64,000 bases of DNA from Raillietiella orientalis (lineage: Eukaryota). This document shows, in pieces, positions 1 to 39,120 of the stretch. The notes under the pieces were generated by a model. That model searched no databases. It worked only from the letters and a program-made list of their open reading frames with translations, and was not told the DNA's origin. The position numbers and the translations under genes were made by a program. The DNA lies in NCBI GenBank assembly GCA_036172245.1, contig JAYWIR010000042.1:1364001-1428000 (forward strand), read 5' to 3'. Each line of letters opens with the position of its first letter. The stretch's first letter is position 1.

Positions 1-1237
1 TCGGCGTCTTTTCAGAATTGATTTCCTTAACATCCTTTCAAGGAACTGGGGTGATCAGTCTTCTTGTTTTGCGACAAAGATCCTTTCTTGTAGTGGCATA
101 GTGCTGTTTCTCGAAATCTCGGGGCGCGCCGTAGATCTGGCGCAGGGAGAGAGGAGAAGGATTGCCCATTATTCTACCTACTGGACGCTGCTTGAGCCAC
201 TGCTTCAAGGGATAGACCACGCAGTTATGCAACGAAATACTGAACGGGTCTATGCATCCCTTCCAATCTCTTCGTGAGGGAGTCTGCTACACTACCCATG
301 GTAGCAGCAAGAGAGAATGAGCTATAATGAGAACATGGGTTCAGCAAGTACTTCCTGGAAGAAGTAGGAAAGAGAGGTGTTTTTTGGAAGAGAACGGTCG
401 CATTTTTCTTTCTCCCAGTTGCTTCTTCAGGAGGAGAAGGCAGAGATGATAAAGATCACGTGGACATGAGGGTTGAATTTCAAAATGAAGATGAGGCATG
501 TGACTTACTCGATCATGGATTTACCCTGTCAATCGGAAGTACTTAGATGACCGCCAACAGCAAAATAGGAGGCGCAGACAACACTAAGACAGTGGATTTC
601 TCCAGAAGCAACAGCAACAGGTGAAGGAGGGGGGCATTCTGGACAGGGAAGTCTACCAAGGGCAATGGAGTGGATGAGAAGAATGCCGTGATAGAAACTC
701 TATGAAACTCTGTCTTCAGTTTACTGTGGGATGCCAATATGTTAAAATGGTAAGCGAAGTCCTTTCTCTCTATCCTACCCTGCCCTTTACTCTTCCTTCT
801 TCCTCTCTCCCCCTCCCCTAACATGCATTATCGGAAAGGAAAAATGAAGAATAAAAAATGCAGAAAGGGAAAATGAAGGGTCAACCAGTGGAAAGCTTAG
901 GATTCTGCAGCCTTCCATATCTGAGCCTCGAAAAAGCAAGGACGCCTTTCCATAAACCTTAGAAAAGCACGCTACTCCTTGGGGGGATCGGTGGGCCACG
1001 GGGAGTCGGTACGGCACTATGGATCGGTTTCGACGGCTTTCCGTATGCGAACAGATGTCAAAGTACCGGAAAAGTGTGGAGATCATTAGGCGCTGACACT
1101 CCACGAGTGAAACACCGAGTGACTGATTTGGTTTCCCGAACTACCAGCAAAAGTATAATGTCATGGAAACTCCTATGAAGAGATGGAACCTTGCCAAGGG
1201 GAGACAGTTTCAATGCCGTCATAAGCAGTTTGGCTCA

Positions 1238-1450
1238 CCTTTGACGTAAGCCTGCAAACAGGAATCCAAGAAGCACAAAGAAGAAGCTTATCCAAGAAGA
1301 GAGAATTGTAGGCAAACCAAGGGCACCAATGAACCTTGGGAAAGAAAATAACAGAGTAGAAGAATACACACATGAAACAAAATATGTAAACAGCCGTATG
1401 GAAGCTGGAGTCTTTGCCAATAGTCTCCATAACATGGAAAACGAAGCTCT
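1238..1450 (-). CDS. Possible exon of an unidentified membrane-protein gene
   Basis: Two hydrophobic stretches (RLFTYFVSCVYSSTLLFSFP; LPTILSSWISFFFVLLGFLFAG) end at a strong AG|GTGAGC donor. A full gene model could not be built. Confidence 0.3.
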
Positions 1451-3234
1451 ATCGGAGCAATCTTATACTCTTCATCATCGAGGGCTTCGCAATGGAGCGA
1501 AACTCAAACGCTGGGCCAGGACTGAAAGATGAGTTCTGAACAGCCTGTGGTGAAATGAAGACTAAAATCAACATTTTCACATGCTCGATTCTGAACAAGG
1601 ACTGGGGCATTGTAAGGCAGATTATAGATGCTCCAGGAAAGACGAAAGATAAAATACTGAGAGAATGCTCGAGAGGGGCTTCGTTCTAAGATACAATTCA
1701 TGCCCCAGAAGTACCTTGCCTTCTCTTATCACATCAGTACCAATAAGAAAGAATCTCTCACTCAAAGACAGACGGAATGACAAAAAAAGAACAAGGCCTG
1801 ACGAAAAGAAAAACATCCATCAGGAAATGTGGAAACGTTCCGATGGCAATATGTCAATAACTGTTTTGCAGAATAGGGAGCTTCGGATGCTATGGTCCTG
1901 GAGATTGCAGCGGAAACAACAGAAAAAAGTAGAAGTATATATGTGAACTTGTGTGTAGTCGAACAAAACTTCGGATTGTACATTTGCAATATGCATAGTA
2001 CTTCACATGGCAATTATTGAGAAATAAAACAACCCTGATATTTGTGCATCAGAAAAAAAGCATGGATACAAGACCGACGATGAAGGTGACCTCAAATCTT
2101 GAAATTCTCGAAAGAGAGAATAGGCAACCAGCTAAAAACGGAGGTGGTCAGTGTTCTGACACTGTTCATTTTGTCCGAAATTTCTTTTCAAACCAATTTC
2201 TTTTCGACCAGATAATGCTGCAGATATGTTCGAGATTCCATATTAAGTTAAGAGTCCCCTACCAGAAGCACGAGTAATAGAAATGGCATTTTCGAACAAA
2301 CGAGTGCGTGATGCCGATAGCAGAGGGGAAAGAGTGGAAGGACATCCTAGTCATTCTTGGAGGAGCTCTTGCAACCCAGGATCCAATTTTCATTACCAAC
2401 ACTTTGTTTATTGACCAGCTTTTGAGCCAAAGCTTAGCATCCGTTTCTTTCACGTGCCGGCTGGCATTCTGATGTTTCCTAAATCCTAATGCATTCTCAA
2501 GAATTTTTCCAGAAATCAGACCACAAACACACCGCTTGGAAGTCGGTTAGAAACCATCAAAGGTTCGAATGCTTTCCACCATTAGAGCGACACCTACAAA
2601 GGACTTTGTAGGACTTCGACCGTGCTCATTTCTATATCGAAGTGGATAACTCGATGACAGCGATCATAGTAGATTTAAAGGAGAAGTCGCGCTGACAGAA
2701 AAAAAAAAACACGGAAAGCATGAGTTTTCCTAGCAAGTCAAGCAGGTTGTCCTTAGAAATGGGCGATACGCTTGGCGGGAAAACGCTTACAGGTTATGGG
2801 AGATTCACGTGCCTACCTGTAGCAGCAAACGAGGCTCCTCATCATTCGGCAACAACAGGGATGTTTTTTCCCATTCCAATCAAGCACACTCAAACGGATG
2901 CAGCCATCAGCCTGTGTTCCAAGAGCCTTCAATTACTGCAAAGACCAGTCCCGAAGCAGCGCCGCAAGGAGGATTTTTGATGCGTTTCCTGGACCTCTGC
3001 TCTCCGACTAATTTAGTAGCAAACAAAGTAAGATGAGTTTTCTTTGCTTGCACGGCTGGTAGTTGCAGGCACACTTCTAAGAAGTGCAGAAGTCAAAAAA
3101 GCACACGTATCATTTCTTTACACAGATATTTCTATACCTGTCACAAAATTCATTCAAAGTGACTGCAGTGGAACGCCTCCGCCATCCATGTGTGTAGCTG
3201 CCGGGCAAAGAACGAGAGCTCCTCAGTGCCGGTG

Positions 3235-4290
3235 GCACTGAGGCTGGAGGCACGGCGACAGTGCTGAGGGGAGGAGGGTTTCCGGGGTGTAGTTCTCAGC
3301 TCGTTCAGGGCTGCTACAGAACCTTCGCCCTTAGGTATCGGATGGGACGAAGGGGGTCGTCGACGGAGGGCTCCATGCGCTTTCCCCCCTACCCTTTGGG
3401 AAGTGAGCCTCCTGGACACCCTCAGGAAGCAAAGACTCGACGCTGGACGAAGTGCTCGGAAAAGGGGACGTCTGGCTGATAGAAATCCCTTGGGGTTCTT
3501 CTGTTCCTTCCAGCTTTTCTTCCTCTTCTGTTTCTTGGTTCGCCGAGTGCTGAAGAACCGTCCGCCTCCTCAGAGGGAGCTCACGAAGCTCTTGAAGCAC
3601 CCTCCACTTGCCAACAGAGGGTGCGGTGACTTTTCAAGTTAAGGGTAATCACGTAGGCACCACGTTATCGATCCACGAAGGTTCCGGAGGAAGCAGTCCG
3701 TTCCTCTTACGCTTGGGAGGGAACCCCTTCCTTACTCTCTCTGAAGAGAGCCCACAGAGCGGGTCATCCCTCGTTTCTCCTTCGAATGGACTTTCCGGAA
3801 AGGATGCGCTTCTTGTCTGAACTCCTCTTGTCTGAAGAACCCCGAAGGGACGCTCTTGATATCTCTGAAGGGCGCTCTCCGAAGGGAGCAGCACGCTTCT
3901 TGGACACTTTGGAAAGGCAACCTCCGAGGCAATGGGCGATACCCCCATCTTCATAGAACGCGATGGAACTTCTCTTCTAAGGGATGAGTGACACTTTCAT
4001 TTTCACAACCGGATGGAAATTCTGACGCTCCCTGCTGTCCTGGAAGGGACCCCGAAGGGTCAACTTCCAATCCCGGCCAGTCAGTGGGGGAATTCGGGGG
4101 TTTCCGCCTGCTTCCAGCAGTGCCTCGCCCGAAGTCTACAGGCCAGCCGGTGTCGTCCTGCTGGGGGAGGATTCGGAACCCACGATGCACCCCTATTTCT
4201 CGGCGTCGATCCTTCCCCCGGGCGGGATGCGAACCTGCGACACCCGGTGCCATCACGGGTGGAAAGGAGACCGCAGCCATATGGCCTCCA
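3235..4290 (-). mobile_element. Family A repeat copy 1: double tRNA-like head plus coding-like body (unclassified retroposon)
   Basis: The minus strand begins with a tRNA-like segment (A-box-like GGAGGCCATATGGC, B box GGTTCGCATCCC at 4224-4235, second B-box-like at 4169-4181). Closely similar over ~1 kb to 32920-33850; more distantly similar to 7320-7910 and 58829-59430. Confidence 0.8.
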
Positions 4291-6059
4291 CCGCGGGCGT
4301 ACAAGTCAAACCAACTACGATTGTTATTCAGAAAGGTTTGCTGCATGGCTAGATAGTGAGTGAAAGAGTAGAAGAGCTCTTTCGCCTTCCAATAGATATG
4401 GAAAGAGGAAAAGATGAAAAATACCGCAAAGGGAGCATTTTTTTTTTCTTCATCGTCATGAGAAGCATCACAGAAGTCAGGGCATCGGGGTTCCTGTTAT
4501 CCGAGAACCCTCCTCGTCTGCACGTTCTTTCAAGCTTCTGACTGTTTGCCTCAAATAGCAGGATCCTTCACATTCTTACTACATTGCCTTCGAGAGTGCA
4601 GTTCGAGGTCATTGAGACGAGTGCAGTGGAGCCTCGAGTCGTGTCCCATCTTCCATGCCAATTCTCCTTTGGCTGTTCTTCCAGATCCTTCTTGCGCCGT
4701 GCCAAAGAAATCTGTCCGATCTTCCGCGCGAAACATATCAGCTGGACGACTTCGCTGAACGGAGGTCTTCGTCGGAATTCAATCAGCTCTTCTCTGAAGC
4801 CAAGTTGGAATCAGCCACAGACGGCGTGTGTGAGCATCGAGTCAAATCCCGGATCAAACAGCTGCGAATTTGAGCCGCGGTCGGAATTGAGAGATGGCCA
4901 GCGGAAAAAGTAACCCCCGGAAATCCCAAGATCGAACATCCACATCCCCCTTGGGGCAAATTAGAAGGCGATTCACGGTAGCCCAAGATTCAAACAAAGC
5001 CAATTCAAGAAGCGTTCACCCAATGCTCACACATTCCTGACTTCCGGTTGACAGTGGCTACGGACAGTACTAGAGAAGCAGCAGGGGGCACGGGTCGGAC
5101 GAACCGCATGGTTTGACGGCACAGCAGAGGATTTTCACCCGTCGGATGGAGGGTAGAGAGGAACCAATTTTATTCGGGCTATGATACGACGGAGAATCGG
5201 CGTGCATCCAGTTGTTAATGAGCTTAGGGAATAGCGATGGGGCTGCCTTCAAAGTTGCTATAGAAAAACTGCTAGGTCTTTATCTGCGTTCCAAGAGAAA
5301 AATAAATCTCAAAATTACTATAGATACAAAATTCAATAAAAGGCAATGCGTACTAATGTTTCGGTTGGCTGGAGTACGGACATGGTATTCATGGTATGTG
5401 GTGAAGAATTTAGAAAGAATTTATTTGGAACGTTTATTGAAAAAGCTTCCGATGGTTGAGACCCAGGTGCAGAATCTGCTCAGTAGTGCAGGAGGAGGTG
5501 CTCACGATATCGTAACTGTGTTAATAAGTAGATGCATAAAAGACCATGTAGGACTATGTGACCTGAGCGACCTGTTTCACAAACACTGAGCAGCTCGTCC
5601 ACCGCACACTCATCCACCCCCTACGCTCATTTCGATAGCCTGCCAACTGGAATGTTCTTCAGCAAGCTGCGTTCTGGGAGAGGGTGCGTTTTTTTAAACC
5701 ATTAACGTTCGTCGGAACAGCTGCCTGTAGTTCTCCGGACGAACCTTCCGTGTTCAGTAAGTCTGCAGGAAGCATCTTCAGCTGGAGGATCAGCAAGACG
5801 AAAAAAAATGTTCCCGACCGCGAACGGGAAGATGAGGAGCTGCTCATTACGACGCGTGCTCCCCAACGAAAAAGAACGGCAATAAACTCAAATGACGTGG
5901 TCCTAGACTTCATGCTGGCGCGAACTTCCAAAGGGTTCCCTGTGAGGACAGCAAAAGCACCACCAAAAAGCATCTTCCATCTTGAAGGTGCCTTTGTTGG
6001 TGGTTCTGAGGAACATGTCGCTGATAGGCACGGATGCTTTCTTTACTTTCTTCGCCACT

Positions 6060-6230
6060 GCTGCAGCACGCTGGGGGCCACTTCACCTCCTCCGGAGGTA
6101 TCGCGACAGCTCGCCCCGGCGTAACAAGTCCTTTCGGAGGGACCCTCGGGGTCGCGGCGCCGGATCGGGCGAGGCTGCTCATCGTAAACAGCCGCGAGAT
6201 GGAACCCTGCTCTTGGTTCCAAACATTCTC
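6060..6230 (-). mobile_element. Short LINE family B ORF2 fragment
   Basis: GGGGGCCACTTCACCTCCTCCGGAGG is shared with ~62852-62877; peptide TPRVPPKG...PPEEVKWPPA. Confidence 0.65.
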
Positions 6231-7319
6231 CTGCCGAGCGGAAGCATTCCTGAATCTTGAAAAGCATGCATCACGAGATCTCGTGATAGGAAGTGGCTTC
6301 ATATGGTGCTTGGTTCATGTTGATGGAATAAATCCAGAGCTTCTCACAAACATGCGGTTCATTGGTGTTGGTGGAAGGCAACAGCTTGTGCTATTTTTCC
6401 GTGTGCTGCTTCTGATTTCAGTCTGTCGATTGGGATGCTCATGCACAACCTCCATGGTCACCCGACACTGCAGAAAGTTTTCCTGCAATGCTGGGATGGG
6501 GTTTTCTGTTTCGAACTCTCTCCATAAACCGACAGCGCTCTTATCTGTTAACCCTTTGAGTGCTATGGACGCATCTATGAGTTTGACGAAAATTATCAGC
6601 GTGGACTGTGGACAACGCACGTATGCGTTTAGCAAATGTACTCGCATCATTAGTTACCACTATCCATGTTTGAGATGGGTGCATACACTGATGATGAAGT
6701 TGGCGAGACGACAACGCCACGACGGGGGGGGGGGGAAGATATTCGGCAAAGATATTAGAACTTCATCCCCTTCTGCTCAGAGTGAGCTAGCTATTTCTTG
6801 GGTTTTGGAACTTGGAAACAGGTCTAAGAAACACTTGCACGAGCTGCTTCTGATAGTGCGGTGGAGCGCAAAGCGCCTCGAAGTGATCTCGTTCTGTTTG
6901 CCCTGCACCATTCGTTCAGCCGAATGATTGATTGCCCCTGCATCTGGAGGTACGAAGAAGAATGGAACCGCGGTGCGCTCCCGAGAATCCGTGGATCGTT
7001 CAGGAAAAGCTTCGGTTTTCAGATGGTCTTAGGAGAGGCTTGCAAAGCGATCCGTGGGCCTTCCTTTTTGATTTTTTTTTTTTTTTGGTTCGGGTAGGTG
7101 GTCGGGAAGGTGTAGTCCATGAAGCCACAGTGTAGAGTCCAGCACTTCGCCACGAGGAGGCGGCAGCAGTTCATTACCCGTAATCCACTTTGCGTTCTCG
7201 TAAGTCCCTGACCAGAGGCAAGGACTTAAGAGAACTTGCGACTTATTTTCCATAGCAGGCGATGAATAAATTCTAACCGTGTGTGCGCACACTTGGATGC
7301 GTTTTGCCGGGTCCACCGT

Positions 7320-7910
7320 TGTGAGGCGGCCATATAGCTGCGGCGGTCTCCGCGCGCGCGCGGCACCAAGCCATCGCTGGTTCGAATCCCGCCTGGGGGA
7401 AGGACCAAGGCCGAGAAATGGAGGGGAGTCGTGTATTCCGGTTCTCCCCGAGGAATAAGGCTGGTCGCTCTGCAGCCTTCGGGTACGGACTGCTGGAAGC
7501 AGACGGAAACCGGATGCCTCCGTTGACTATTCCTCCGGGTCCTTCCAAGAATCAAGGAGTCGGTTCCCTTCGTGGCCCCCCCCCTTCTCCAGTTGTAAAG
7601 ATATAGCCGTCCTAACCCTGGGGGAGAACCTTTAATCGCTTATCATGGAGCTGGTTGCTGCCCGCTGAGGGGTTGCCTCTCCAGGATGTCAAGAAGTGCT
7701 CTGTCCCCCTCGGAGAGCTCCCCTCAAAGAAAATTTGAAATCTTCCCTTCGGGATTTTCTTCAGGGAAAGAAACAAGGAGCGGATCCTTTCTGGGTTCCA
7801 TCCGGAGAGAAAAAGGGAGATGGTCCCCTCCGGGGTGTCCCTCCGGAAGGAAATCTTCAAGACGGAAAGTGGACACCTTGGGAAGAGAAGCAAAAGCAAG
7901 GAGAGGCGGA
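7320..7910 (+). mobile_element. Family A repeat copy 2 (diverged)
   Basis: Perfect B box GGTTCGAATCCC at 7379-7390 in a tRNA-like head, followed by ACTGCTGGAAGCAG and body sequence similar to the other copies (e.g. ACAAGGAGCGGATCCTTT). Confidence 0.7.
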
Positions 7911-9149
7911 TGTTGTCATTCTTCTGAGCTTCGATAGCACCTGGCGGAGGTCTGCACCTCTGAGCCTGAGGGCATTGAGAATCTTAAGCCACAGCGAACA
8001 AGCGAGGGCTTCTGATCTCTGAACCACGGCAGCGTATGGCCATCAGCACCCGAAGAAAATGGAAGCAGTCGCGAGGGGTGTGTTTACCATGAATTCGGTA
8101 GGGCCCATGTTCCGCTGGGTCATTTCATCTCTTCAGGCGTCATCGCAAGGGAAAACCTTATCAGAATTTTTTTTGCCCCATTTTTCTTTTTTTTTGACGT
8201 GAAGTCTCGAAAAACCCTATCAATATGGCATCCCTGCAGACGGAACGGGCAGGCGACGAAGGGAGGGAGAAGGGGGAATTCAGATAGCAGCGGTCGTTCA
8301 AACGAGAATCTCCAGGTCCGAAGACAGAGGAATTTTCTCACAGTTGCGGAGCGTCTAAATCTTCATTCAACTACTTCCGGGTCGGCGAGAGCATGGAGCG
8401 GAAGGAGAAAACGTCCCCGGGTCTTTCGGGACTCTCGAAGAGCACGTCTCTTGCACGAGCACCGGCAGGCGCCAAGGGAACCTGTCCACAGTCGCCGAAC
8501 GACACAATTCGCCCCTTCCCTTCTGTCGGCTTCCCGGAGGATTCCCGGCACAGGGGGGAGGAGCTTCTGAAAGCCCCCGGAAAGAGGTGTGGGCGACAAC
8601 ATCCCTGCCAGCTGGCTCCGTCCACTCCTGGAAGCGTCCACTCTCCGCTTTCCCTACCAGGACCTGCACTGCCACTCTGCTGACCGCAGCTCCCACCCTC
8701 ACTCCCACCCGATCAGCGATGTGACCTCGGGAGACAAAAAGTACGAATCCTTTGGCAGTCTTCCAATGCAGCCTTGGCGTAGAGCTCCAGCAGGTTCTCC
8801 CGGAGCACCGACCAACCGCCTTCATCTCCACGGAGTCTCTACCGCAGCGACGCTCAGCAGGAACCGCGCCGCCAATGGGCGTCTGCCAGAAGGACCTGTC
8901 GCCTGGCGACGAGAAAGAGAGCGCGGCAAGCCGTCCCAAGCAGGGTGTCCAAAAGTGACCGAAGCGACCTTTAACTGCGCGCGCACGATTGGCGCGCGGT
9001 CAATTGATGGCCGAGAACGGGGAAGGGGGGGAAGCGAATCTCATGAATCTCTTTGCGATGCTTCCCCTTCGTGTTCCCATGGTTGCCGCTGTCTCTCCGT
9101 GCAGCGCACGTTGTACCTCCTCTCCTTGACCGTTCTGGATGCTGCTTCG

Positions 9150-9700
9150 CGAACTTCTCTCTAGGAGCAGCAGTGGCAGAGAGGTCTCTGACTACCACGC
9201 TCTCTTTTCGATCCCAAATTTTCCAAAGCGAAACGGAAACTTCTGCTAAGTCTGTCACCGCTGGACGACTCTGCTTCTCTCTTCTCACGACGTACACCCA
9301 GGCATGCACTGACCCTGCGGAAGATTCGTCCTCATGAACGAAAAGGAGAGAAGAGCTTCTTCTTTCGGGACGTTATCCTTAGGAGTCTTCTGTTCCCGGA
9401 CGTCAACCAGACGATGGCCTAACCACCCCAACATCCTCCCCCCACAACATACACTCCTTTCATTCCCGCCCTCTTGTTTCGAAAAAGCATCACCCGTGTC
9501 GGCGATCCTCTCCCTCTCTATAGGGAGGGGGAGGAGACCGATGCAATGGGTGCGACCCCTATGGGACTCCAAGGGACTGTTAGTCCCTGCGGCGGTTCTC
9601 GCACTTTCCGGATTCCAGAGGCTTCCTGGCCTTCTCTGGCTGCTGCAGAGAGACGTCCGTCGTCTCTACTAGCGACTCATGGTTTGATGTCGCTCTGGAG
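9150..9700 (+). mobile_element. Degenerate LINE APE endonuclease relic
   Basis: GAAVA...AGRLCFSLLTTY and GSRTFRI...PSSLLATH resemble APE motifs; broken frame. Confidence 0.35.
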
Positions 9701-9978
9701 GCCAGTTTTTCTCTAGGAGGAGGAAAGATGAAAAGGAAGAAGGAAGGAAGGACTCTTTTGTTTTCCTTCTTCGACGCTCTCGCGTTTCCTGCGGGAGTGC
9801 TCCGTTTTCCTTCCCTTCTTTCCCGCTGATGGCGCGCGCGCATGCAACGCGACTCGTTAGCTCGCGGGAGCCTGCGCGTTTGCCACGCGCCACTACCACC
9901 ACGTGTGCGCTCCCTCCCGTCTCGGCGGGAGCTACCAGACGCAGTGTGGTACCTCTCCAGTTCAGGAGTGCTGCCGCC

Positions 9979-37297
<27,319 letters not shown>

Positions 37298-38700
37298 ACG
37301 TGAAGTACGGTTCAGAAGTTGAGAATGATGACCAAAGTGGCGATAGTGTGCCCTGAGGAAGAAGAATTTTGCGGAAATAAAACTCGGTGTGCACCCCGTC
37401 CTTCAATGCTTTCCTCTTCTTTCTTCCTATTCCTCCCACCCCTCTTCTTTTCTTTGCCTTCCGTCTCGACTTTCCATTTCCCTGCTTGGCTTTCGTCCCA
37501 AGATACTGGAAGTAATGGTATCGTAAAATTAATCATCTGAGGGAATACGGGGTCAATCGTACTGACGATGGCGTTCCGATGTGCCCGGGGCGGACTATGC
37601 AGCACCATGAGATGTACAGTTGCCTTCGATAGTTCTTCGCGAGAGTTCCTCCGTTCCTCTGCACCGGTTCCTGGGATCACTCCCACATGTAAAACGCGGC
37701 GAGAGAGGTAGCAAGCAGGTTTAGGGATGCCGAGAGCGAAGCGGCTGGACGCTCAGCAAGGGAAGAGGGGTCCGTTTCTGCAGTCCCCTTAAATGACAGA
37801 TCTCCTCAGACCGTTTCTTTCCTCCTGGATATGATCAAGTGACAGGTGTTACGCAGCGAGAGACGGCGCTCGCCGCTTGGGCAGCACGGCAAGTGAAGCT
37901 CTAAAGTGTTGCCCTTGTATGCGAAATTTCCTTTCGATACGAGCAAGCCTCGATGTCCGCTTCGTGTGCGCGGATTCCTGTGCTCGCAAAATCTGAGATG
38001 TTCCGAGACCGCAGTTTCCAAGTTACTGGGATCATCTCGCAAGCGTTTTCCCACATTCGAATGCTCATCCGCGCAAGGCGACCCGACCTAATCTGATCTA
38101 ATCTGTGCACGTTTCATCCAACTCCTTTCTCTTGAAATCTGGAAGATCAGTTCTGAAAATGCAGAATGTATTGACGTTAACGTGGTTCACTCCGCAGAAA
38201 GAGTCTGCGACCCCTGCCCACTCCTCCGTTCTGTCAGAACCTTGGCACTGTTTAGAGGGTGCAGACGCCACGACGATCCGAAGACTCGAAGCACCAACGG
38301 CGCATGTGAAAGGTGTTTCTCTTCCTTAATGAATTGCACCGAAGAGAAGCAGCGTACGGATTTTTGAAATAGAAAGTATCGTGGATAGATAGCCTTAGGA
38401 GAATGAAGGGAAAGTTTGTGTGGTCACCAAAAGTGACCGAGGTCCTTCCAAGATAGGTGAAATTGCTGTGGAGGCTCATGAGACTTCAGGCAAAACAGGA
38501 TTAACACTATCCAAGACGATTAGGAATAACAATTCTGTTTACTGTTGCTGAAATTGCTTTGAATCAGATACGGATCAGCAGATTCGATCGTGTGACCTCG
38601 GATTCTACATGATGTGTACGAGACACGAAGTACACATGAGTGCTAAGAAAGTAAAGTGACGTGCTGAAGAGGATGCCTGTTTGCAACATTGAGATCGATA

Positions 38701-39120
38701 TCAAAATGAAGAGGTACTTTGATAGCCAACGATGATGAGATATCGGTTCACCCTTTCCAGCAGGAAATTAAGAGATAGTCACAAGATGGAAACATTCACA
38801 ATAGACTTTCACAAGCATTCCCGATCTAAGAACCAAAAATTGAAGACTCAACTGGTGCATTTCTAAGCCCTTGATAAACCATTCTCGTCCGAAATTAGAA
38901 ACCGTGCACAATCTTCGGTAGAGAGCAATGTCGCAGTTTGTCAGCACTTCCATCCAAAGGTAGGTGTAGAAGGCCTTCTGAAGGAGTAACCTGACCTCAT
39001 GACGATGAGAAATTCCTCACACTTTCCAACACACAACAAGAAGGAAGTTCCAGATACTGACGCATTCATATAACCCTGATTTGTCAGCATGAAAATACAT
39101 TCTGTGCCAACCAATGAAAG
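38701..39120 (-). pseudogene. Possible gustatory-receptor-like (7TM chemoreceptor) C-terminal relic
   Basis: VLTNCDIAL...LEMHQLSLQFL...VYCECFHLVTIS followed, after a frameshift, by NFLLERVNRYLIIVGYQ. Spacing resembles the GR C-terminal F.LQ...A.GFF.I...TYL.IL.QF motif. Read by eye only. Confidence 0.3.

Noticed and set aside
6034..6927. 297-aa + strand ORF
   Set aside because: Runs antisense across a LINE B fragment and adjacent relic sequence; no coherent protein features.
7321..7400. Functional tRNA genes at the GGTTCGAATCCC motifs
   Set aside because: No intact cloverleaf or consistent anticodon arm; copies are diverged and embedded in a larger repeat, so they are treated as tRNA-derived heads.
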